NCBI GenBank assembly: GCA_002869275.1
Contig: PKTF01000078.1
Span: 1,839 to 65,838 of the forward strand
DNA from: Ignavibacteria bacterium
Lineage (GTDB): Bacteria; Bacteroidota; Ignavibacteria; SZUA-365
Direction of reading: 5' to 3'
DNA: 64,000 nucleotides
Below, one piece after another: positions 8,751-15,785 of this stretch. The number at the start of each line of letters is the position of its first letter. Within the stretch, counting starts at the first letter, position 1. Both the position numbers and the translations under genes were made by a program. The notes below the pieces were generated by a model. It worked only from the letters and a program-made list of their open reading frames with translations, had not been told where the DNA came from and ran no database searches.

Positions 8751-11309
8751 ATGAAGCGCTATCTCTTTGCCACCCTATTCCTCGTGATGTTTCCGACGCT
8801 CATGTTCGCGCAGCGGGACATTGTGGAACTTTCAAATGCGGACCCGACAACGTGCTGCTTCGAAATGCTGCTCGCCAATGAGCACGCACCGGAGTCTTCC
8901 CTTGACCGGGTGCGCCTGGTGTCTTTGACTCCGGGGGTACAGTTTACACCCGACGCCAATGGTCCCTGGCCGGAGCATCTGGTCAGCGAAACGGTGCTGG
9001 AATTCGGAGAGGAGGGAAATGAGCTGCCGACGGGAGAGCTGCTCGAGGGCTTCCTGCTGTGTATTGAGCGGCTTCCGGGAGCCCCCAGCAACTTTCGCGT
9101 CGCCTGGACGACGGAATTCGAGGGGAACCTCATGGACACCGATACGCTGGAATTGCAGTGCGAGTCGATGGAGAGCTACTGCGATTCCGTCAGCGTGCTC
9201 CCGTTCGCACCCCCGATCAAACCTGAGGGGAGCTGCTGTTTCGATATCACCCTGCATAACCTGCACGATCCGGAAGGTGCTCTGAACCGGTTCACCGTGC
9301 GCATGTTCGATCCGCGTGCAACGATCGTCAGCGTTTCGGGATCTCCCTGGCCGGTAGCTGATCAATCCGCCACAGAAGTGACATTCAAGGCTTCAGGCGA
9401 TTCCCTCGCGACAGGAATGTCTCTCGGCGGTTTCCGCATCTGCATATCTCCGCCGGATGGGCAATCCGCTTCCGTACCTCTGTTCTGGACCTCAGGCAAT
9501 GACGATATCGTGGTATGTGAAGGAGTCGCTTTCGCAGAATGCGACATCACGGAGAATCCGCGCTGTGATTCCATATTCCACCAGGAACAGCAGGACTGCA
9601 GCATCAGCGTCGGTTTCACCAACCTCCATATTCCTCGCGGCAACATCGACGGCTTCCGCGTCCGCGTGCTCACCACCGGCGGCGGTATCGATACCGCCAC
9701 TGCTCCGCAGGGATGGGATGTCGCGAGTCAATCCGCACTTACCGTGCGCTTCGCCAAACAGGACACACCCATTGGTTCCGGCGAAACAGCCGACGGTTTC
9801 ACCCTGCGCTTCAAAGCACCCACCGGCCGCTTTTTCGATGTCGCGATCTGTACGATGCTGGACGATGCGGTCATCTGCTGCGACACCATTCAACTGGAAT
9901 GCGATCCGCCGCCACCGACGTTCTGTTATTCACTGCTGATCGATGCCGTACCGAATACCTGTACCTACGACCTCGGTTTCGTGAATACGCATCAGCCGAC
10001 ATCGGCCGTGAACGATTTTCATGTTCGCCTGCAAACCGATGGTGCTTCCATCGCCGATGCTTCTCCGCCGGGAAACTGGTTCATCGCCAGCAACGACGGA
10101 CGAAACATCATTTTCCGCGATACCACGGGCATCGTGCTGCCGGACGAGGAGCAGAGCGGCTTCATGCTGTCGCTCGCACCGGGTGACGGAGACGGACGCA
10201 TCATTTTCGAATGGTGCACTTCACTCGACGGTACAGTCAATTGCTGCGATATCGCCTCTGTGTTCTGCGATCCCCCCGTCGATCGCTGCGATTCCCTGTA
10301 CGTACTTCCCGGTGAAGGGTACTGTCAGTACGAAGCGGGATTCGCAAATCTGCACGTCCCGGTTTCAGGAGTGGATGCTTTCCATGTCACATTGGACGAT
10401 GCCGAGACCATGCTGCTCGATGCGGAGGCGCCGGACGGCTGGACCATCGACGAGCTTTCTGAAGGTGGCGCGACGTTTGTGATAGATGGCGCCGCATTGT
10501 CCACCGGTGTCGCGCAGGAAGGCTTTATTCTGAAGCTCCTGCCCTCGGCACAGTCGAAACGGATTCCGCTCACTCTGTGTACTTCGCTGGACGACAGTAC
10601 ACTGTGCTGTGATACCGTCAGTGTGTTCTGCGAATTCGAGATCGTGCAATGTGACGTGATCGATGTCATCACGGACATTGACCAGGCCTGCTGTTTTGAG
10701 TTCGAATTGCAGAATGTGCACCTGCCTCGCAGCGGAATCGATGCCCTGAATGTGGAAATCCTCACCCCGGATGTCATTTTCTATACATCCACGGTCGAAG
10801 ACGCAGCCGGCTGGGAGCACCTGACGAATAGTCGCCGCATAGGCTGGCGCGCTCTCGACGCGGCTCTGCCATCGGGTGAAACGCTCGGCGGCTTCAAGGT
10901 GTGCTATGACAATGATGCGATCGGGAACGCCGATTTCCAGATTTCCGTGCAGACTCTCAGCAGCGGTCGCATTCTCTGCATCGACACGCTGACGATCAAA
11001 TGCGATCGTACGCTGAGTGTGGAGCGTCTCGAGGGCATGCTTCCATCGCGCTACGGGCTTCATCAGAACTATCCGAATCCCTTCAATCCCTCAACGACGA
11101 TTGAGTTCGACTTGCCCGTTCCGGCGGATGTCATACTCAGCCTGTATGATACCGAGGGAAGGCTATTGATGGATCTCGGATCAGGAAATTATCTGGCGGG
11201 TACATACCGCGTATCCCTCGATGCTTCATCACTCCCGAGCGGCGTGTACTTCTATCAGTTGCGGACATCGGAGTTCATACAGACACGCTCGCTGCTTCTG
11301 CTCAGGTAG
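8751..11309 (+). CDS. large secreted T9SS cargo protein built of six ~115-aa cysteine-rich repeats of an unrecognised domain
   Basis: Signal peptide MKRYLFATLFLVMFPTLMFA. Six repeats each carrying …C(D/Y)S…C…(F/L)xNxHxP…(V/I)(D/N)xFxV… and ending …CCD(T/I)xx(V/L)xC. C-terminal T9SS CTD YPNPFNPSTTIEFDLP…GVYFYQLR. Confidence 0.75.
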   Translation: MKRYLFATLFLVMFPTLMFAQRDIVELSNADPTTCCFEMLLANEHAPESSLDRVRLVSLTPGVQFTPDANGPWPEHLVSETVLEFGEEGNELPTGELLEGFLLCIERLPGAPSNFRVAWTTEFEGNLMDTDTLELQCESMESYCDSVSVLPFAPPIKPEGSCCFDITLHNLHDPEGALNRFTVRMFDPRATIVSVSGSPWPVADQSATEVTFKASGDSLATGMSLGGFRICISPPDGQSASVPLFWTSGNDDIVVCEGVAFAECDITENPRCDSIFHQEQQDCSISVGFTNLHIPRGNIDGFRVRVLTTGGGIDTATAPQGWDVASQSALTVRFAKQDTPIGSGETADGFTLRFKAPTGRFFDVAICTMLDDAVICCDTIQLECDPPPPTFCYSLLIDAVPNTCTYDLGFVNTHQPTSAVNDFHVRLQTDGASIADASPPGNWFIASNDGRNIIFRDTTGIVLPDEEQSGFMLSLAPGDGDGRIIFEWCTSLDGTVNCCDIASVFCDPPVDRCDSLYVLPGEGYCQYEAGFANLHVPVSGVDAFHVTLDDAETMLLDAEAPDGWTIDELSEGGATFVIDGAALSTGVAQEGFILKLLPSAQSKRIPLTLCTSLDDSTLCCDTVSVFCEFEIVQCDVIDVITDIDQACCFEFELQNVHLPRSGIDALNVEILTPDVIFYTSTVEDAAGWEHLTNSRRIGWRALDAALPSGETLGGFKVCYDNDAIGNADFQISVQTLSSGRILCIDTLTIKCDRTLSVERLEGMLPSRYGLHQNYPNPFNPSTTIEFDLPVPADVILSLYDTEGRLLMDLGSGNYLAGTYRVSLDASSLPSGVYFYQLRTSEFIQTRSLLLLR

Positions 11310-11333
11310 CGTCGCTCCAAGTTCTTGTTTTTT

Positions 11334-11365
11334 ATGCCCTTCTAAGCGGAAGGGCATTTTTTTTG
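11334..11365 (+). terminator. Rho-independent terminator after the Cys-repeat T9SS gene
   Basis: Hairpin gcccttctaagcggaagggc followed by T8. Confidence 0.7.
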
Positions 11366-11547
11366 GAAATTAATGAAGAAAATTTTGTCCACCAGAGCCG
11401 AATGATCGGTATATACTATCTGGAGGGTGGGGTGAATTCTGATGCAGGGGTGAAGGAAGACCGGCAAGGGATGGAAATGGTGGAAGGGATGGAAAGGTGT
11501 CTGCGACAGAATAGGGAGGTGGCTTTGATCTAAGATGTCTGAGCAAA

Positions 11548-11577
11548 ATGCCTGTCTGTCGCGGGCATTTTTTTTGA
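11548..11577 (+). terminator. possible second intrinsic terminator (3' end of a candidate small RNA) upstream of purE
   Basis: Short stem atgcc…ggcat around a tgtctgtcgcg loop, followed by T9. The stem is weak. Confidence 0.4.
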
Positions 11578-11648
11578 CACGGGATCAGAGCGGAGTTTCG
11601 TATATTTCTTTTTCCACGCAAACGTAACCAAGAACGGAGAAAGATTCC

Positions 11649-12137
11649 ATGGCCAATGAACATCCGAAAGTGATCGTGCTCATGGGCAGCAAATCGGATT
11701 GGGATGTGATGCAGCACGCCGATGAGATGCTCACACGTTTTGGCGTTCCGCATGAATGCCGCGCTCTCTCTGCCCACCGCACACCGTCTCATGTCGTCGA
11801 ACTGATTTCCGCTGCCGAAGCGAACGGTACGGAAGTGGTTATTGCCGCAGCCGGCGGCGCCGCACATCTCGCGGGCGTTGTCGCTGCACACACATTGCTG
11901 CCTGTTCTGGGTGTACCCATGAGCAGTGCGCTTAACGGGTTGGATTCATTGCTGTCAACGGTGCAGATGCCCGCAGGCATACCTGTTGGAACCCTGGCAA
12001 TCGGCAAGGCAGGTGCGGTAAACGCCGCTCTCCTCGCAGTGGCCATCCTGGCGCGTAAGGATACCGATCTGCGTGATCAGCTCCAGAAATTCAGGGATGA
12101 GCAGCAGGAAAAGGTGCTCAGCGTAACTCTGCCCTGA
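11649..12137 (+). CDS. purE: 5-(carboxyamino)imidazole ribonucleotide mutase
   Basis: [11 protein letters not shown]…[33 protein letters not shown] is a near-canonical PurE sequence. SD ggagaaag sits 8 nt upstream. Confidence 0.85.
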   Translation: MANEHPKVIVLMGSKSDWDVMQHADEMLTRFGVPHECRALSAHRTPSHVVELISAAEANGTEVVIAAAGGAAHLAGVVAAHTLLPVLGVPMSSALNGLDSLLSTVQMPAGIPVGTLAIGKAGAVNAALLAVAILARKDTDLRDQLQKFRDEQQEKVLSVTLP

Positions 12138-12146
12138 CGATACATT

Positions 12147-12180
12147 GCGGGCGGGAGTTTGCTCCCGCCTGCTGTTTTTT
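12147..12180. terminator. bidirectional hairpin terminator between purE and the convergent tautomerase gene
   Basis: gcgggagtttgctcccgc hairpin followed by T6. Confidence 0.55.
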
Positions 12181-12370
12181 AACGACCCAGTTCTTTCGCC
12201 GTCTTCCCCCCGATACCGTACTCATCCTTCTTCATTTCCGTGAGGATGATGCGTACCGATTCAGCAGGTACGTGCAGCGTCTTCACTACGACATCCGTCA
12301 TGCCGCGGATCAGCGCCGACTTTTGCTCACTGCTTCTGCCTTCCAGAATATGTGCTGTAATGATGGGCAT
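12179..12370 (-). CDS. 4-oxalocrotonate tautomerase family protein
   Basis: 63 aa with N-terminal MPIITAHILEGRS, giving the catalytic Pro1 after Met removal. Typical tautomerase length. Confidence 0.6.
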   Translation of the reverse strand: MPIITAHILEGRSSEQKSALIRGMTDVVVKTLHVPAESVRIILTEMKKDEYGIGGKTAKELGR

Positions 12371-12520
12371 GACGTCCTCCTGCTCGATGACAACCGCCCA
12401 GAGAGGCAGCTGCGTGATTTTTCCGGGTTGAAATCTCGCTTACCTGTTGAATATAGGGAATTTGTGTTGTACAATTGAAGTGCAGCTTGAAACACTGTCT
12501 CCACCAGCTCCGATACCATC

Positions 12521-15500
12521 ATGAGATCCTTTCTGCTGTCCTGCGCGTTCCTTTTTGTCATGCTTCCCGCTTCTCTGTTTTCCCAGGCACAACTCAGTAT
12601 GAGCATTCATCTGCCCGATGTGCAGGTGAACGTGGCTGCGGAGTCGTATGAACCGAATCCGCTGCCGGTGACGGCAACCATTTATAATACAGGAAATGCT
12701 GCCTCGGACTCACTGATGGCGCGTATCAGCCTGGTGACCGGGCTCGCTCTTGACAGCAGCGAACAGTCGGTGATGATCAAGCGACCCGCTTCCGCTGTTG
12801 TGCCGCCCGGCGACTCGGCTACCGTCGTGTGGCAGATCGTCGTTCCTCCCGCTTTTTCCATGAAGAATTATCGCGTCTATGTCTGGCTGAAATACGGTGC
12901 AAGTGATTCGCTTTCAACGAATTATCTGTTCACCGTTCCGGCGATGACAGCCCCGGATCTCGTGATGACACCCAACGGACTGCCGGATCTCGCCGTACGG
13001 CCTGATTCACTGGGATATCAGGGGAATCCGTTTGCGGTGAACTTCCGTTTCACCAACGCCGGCGGAACCACGGCCGACAGTGTGTCCGTATTCCTGGAAC
13101 TGCCCGTGGATTACGAGTTGGATCCCCCGACACAGGACAATCCCATGGTATTTCCGGGACTGATGAAACCGCAGGCCGCCGGGGGACCCCGCTACTACGA
13201 GACCTGGACGGTGCGATACGTGGGTGCCGCGCGCGCGCAGCGTACCGACACCCTGCGGCTGCACGCGCGTGCGAAGGATATTACCGGCGGACTTGTCACA
13301 TCATCCGAGGAGCTTCCGATCAATGTGGCAGGAATGAATCCCGCCCTGGACATCTCATTCATAGATCCGGGTTCGCTGCAGTTCGACAGCGCGAATATTT
13401 ATACGCCTCAGCCCTATCCTCTCATCGTTCGGCTGACAAACAATAGTGAACAGTGGACGGTGCTCAAGGACATGGATTTTACACTACTTGGAGTAGGTGT
13501 CTCCACACAGGATCCGCTCAATCGTCTGCTGCCCGCGCTGTCGCCGGGGAGCCATCTCGACCTGACCTGGCGCATCGCAGTCGAACGACGGAATTTTGCC
13601 AGACAGTTTGTCGGACGCGCCGCAGTAAGGGATTTCGAGCTTTACGAGAAAGGAGACCAGCGCATCGTATCGGTTCCCGGTCAGCCATACGCCCTCACTG
13701 TTCAGGATCCCAACGTACCAGATTCCCTTTCACGCAACGCGGCTGGAAGCAATCTGCTTACACGCACCATACCATTGTCGTATCGTCTGTTGAATGAGAC
13801 CTGGTACAACAATACCGTCGTGTATGTCAAGGTTCAGTCGATGGGACAGGACATTGACGGACCGCCGTTCAGGGAACATCAGCCTATGCTCGCACTGCGT
13901 CCGGGTGAGAAAAGCGCCGCCCTGCAAGACACGTTCACCGTGCAGCCCGCGCTGAAAGACCGCGTGGTATCGTTTTCCGTGCTGGCCTACACCGATCTGG
14001 GAGACACGGCTAAGGCCGTCTACCCGGTACGTATTCCCGGCGTGATGCCTGTGTTCAGCCTGACGCGCAGGGGTCCCGAAGCACTTGCCTATCTGCCCGG
14101 CGGCACGTATACGCCTAATCCCTTCTCCCAGGAATATACCCTGCGCAATGAAGGACATGTGGCAGTACGGATTGACTCGATCGTACTTCGTTATCAGATG
14201 GATGGCGTCACATCCGCGCAGCCACTGCGTCGCGACATCGGCTGGATGCTCCAGCCCGGCGACAGCATGTTGACGCGATGGGATTTCTCCGCCTACGTGC
14301 GGGATACGCTGCGGCGACTGCCGATGCAGGTCACGGCCTATATGTCGGGTGAGTATGCCGCATCAGTGGGACATGTGCTTGAAATCCCGGCACTCTTCCC
14401 TGTGCTGACCACATCGGTGAGCGGACCGGATACACTGAGCTATGACCCGATAACCACGTACACTCCGAATCCGTTTACCAAGACTCTTCTTCTGCGCAAT
14501 ACCGGCACAGCCGATCTTCATCTGGACAGTGTTACACTCGAGTTCTCGGATGCCCTGGTGACGCTGGAGAGTCCGCGTACCTGGTCTGACGGACACATCA
14601 TCCAGCCCGACAGTGCGCTGTCACTTTCGTGGACGCTGAGTGCGGGCGAGCGGGATTCTGAAGTGCAGCTGCCGATGGATTTCCGGATTCACCACTCTGC
14701 AGGCAAAACCGATGTGCAGCAGACAACAGTGTATATTCCCGCTCTGAGGCCGGGTCTCGATGCTTCGATTCTTGGTAACGCGCAGCTGGTGATCGACGAA
14801 GAGGATATCTACCGCCCTGATCCCTTCACCAAAACCGTTCGTATTTACAACTCAGGTACGGCCGATCTTTTCATCGACAGCATGTCCGTTTCCTTTACTG
14901 ATCCCGGACTGCAGCTCATTGAGGAGCCGTCTCGCGTGATCAACGCGACCGTCAGTGCCGGAGACGAGCTGCTGGAGGACTGGAATTTCAATGCGGCACC
15001 GCACGCCTCAGCCGGGTACGTGAGTATCAACTTCATCGTCTACCACAGTGGCGGGGAGTCTCTACCCCTGCGAGGTGAGATTTACATCCCGGGAGAGCCC
15101 TTCGCGTTCTCGCTTGCGGATACGAACCTTCCGGACAGGCTGTTCGCGCGTCCCGACGGCCAGGGATACGAAGGCAATCCCGTGGTGCTGTCCTACACCG
15201 CGCACAACGACGCATGGTTTGCCACGACGCTTTCGCGCGTCAATGTCGAACTCGAGGGAAACGGGGTACAGATGCTGACACCGCAGCCCTGGATTCCGGC
15301 GGTTACGCTGGGTGCTCATCAGAAAACAGACGTGCTGAAAGACTCGTTCTTTGTCTTTCCCGCCCAGATCGATCGCACCATCCGTGTGCGCATAAGTATC
15401 GAGGGCAGCCGCGGACTCGGAGACAGCCAGGAGTTTCTACTCTTTGTTCCGCGTATTATTTCCACCGCGGCGGAGAACGTGGACGCGCCTGCGGATTTTG

Positions 15501-15760
15501 CCATCCAGGCCCTGTACCCGAATCCTGTCTCAAGCAGGCTGGGCGGAATGCTGACTTTCCGCATACGCAGCAAGGCAGCATTTCAGTGGGATATCACGGA
15601 CATTCTTGGACGTCGTGTCCGCAGGTCCACCGTGGAGGACGAAGCCCCCGGGTCAGTCCTCCGGAATGTGACGCTTGATGGCCTGCCACAGGGCAGTTAC
15701 CTTCTACGCGTACAGAGCGGAAAGAAGATATTGACGCGGAGCTTCCTCATTCTTGAATAA
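12521..15760 (+). CDS. giant secreted T9SS cargo protein with ~7 CARDB-like repeats
   Basis: Signal peptide. Repeats with (Y/F)xPNPFxxxxxxxNxGxxxxxxxxV, for example YTPNPFSQEYTLRNEGHVAVRIDSIVL and YRPDPFTKTVRIYNSGTADLFIDSMSV. C-terminal T9SS CTD LYPNPVSSRLGGMLTFRI…GSYLLRVQ. Confidence 0.75.
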   Translation: MRSFLLSCAFLFVMLPASLFSQAQLSMSIHLPDVQVNVAAESYEPNPLPVTATIYNTGNAASDSLMARISLVTGLALDSSEQSVMIKRPASAVVPPGDSATVVWQIVVPPAFSMKNYRVYVWLKYGASDSLSTNYLFTVPAMTAPDLVMTPNGLPDLAVRPDSLGYQGNPFAVNFRFTNAGGTTADSVSVFLELPVDYELDPPTQDNPMVFPGLMKPQAAGGPRYYETWTVRYVGAARAQRTDTLRLHARAKDITGGLVTSSEELPINVAGMNPALDISFIDPGSLQFDSANIYTPQPYPLIVRLTNNSEQWTVLKDMDFTLLGVGVSTQDPLNRLLPALSPGSHLDLTWRIAVERRNFARQFVGRAAVRDFELYEKGDQRIVSVPGQPYALTVQDPNVPDSLSRNAAGSNLLTRTIPLSYRLLNETWYNNTVVYVKVQSMGQDIDGPPFREHQPMLALRPGEKSAALQDTFTVQPALKDRVVSFSVLAYTDLGDTAKAVYPVRIPGVMPVFSLTRRGPEALAYLPGGTYTPNPFSQEYTLRNEGHVAVRIDSIVLRYQMDGVTSAQPLRRDIGWMLQPGDSMLTRWDFSAYVRDTLRRLPMQVTAYMSGEYAASVGHVLEIPALFPVLTTSVSGPDTLSYDPITTYTPNPFTKTLLLRNTGTADLHLDSVTLEFSDALVTLESPRTWSDGHIIQPDSALSLSWTLSAGERDSEVQLPMDFRIHHSAGKTDVQQTTVYIPALRPGLDASILGNAQLVIDEEDIYRPDPFTKTVRIYNSGTADLFIDSMSVSFTDPGLQLIEEPSRVINATVSAGDELLEDWNFNAAPHASAGYVSINFIVYHSGGESLPLRGEIYIPGEPFAFSLADTNLPDRLFARPDGQGYEGNPVVLSYTAHNDAWFATTLSRVNVELEGNGVQMLTPQPWIPAVTLGAHQKTDVLKDSFFVFPAQIDRTIRVRISIEGSRGLGDSQEFLLFVPRIISTAAENVDAPADFAIQALYPNPVSSRLGGMLTFRIRSKAAFQWDITDILGRRVRRSTVEDEAPGSVLRNVTLDGLPQGSYLLRVQSGKKILTRSFLILE

Positions 15761-15785
15761 ACTGAACGCCTTTCCACACAAAGCG

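Noticed and set aside
15753-15785. Upstream alternative start of the GH3-beta-lactamase gene overlapping the stop of the CARDB giant (MNKLNAFPHKA…)
   Set aside because: The first 11 codons lack signal-peptide character. The Met at 15786 begins a sequence with a positive-charge/hydrophobic core (MHRRCFRSFAPFLLPLLLAV), so the shorter form is preferred. The overlap-start is not excluded.
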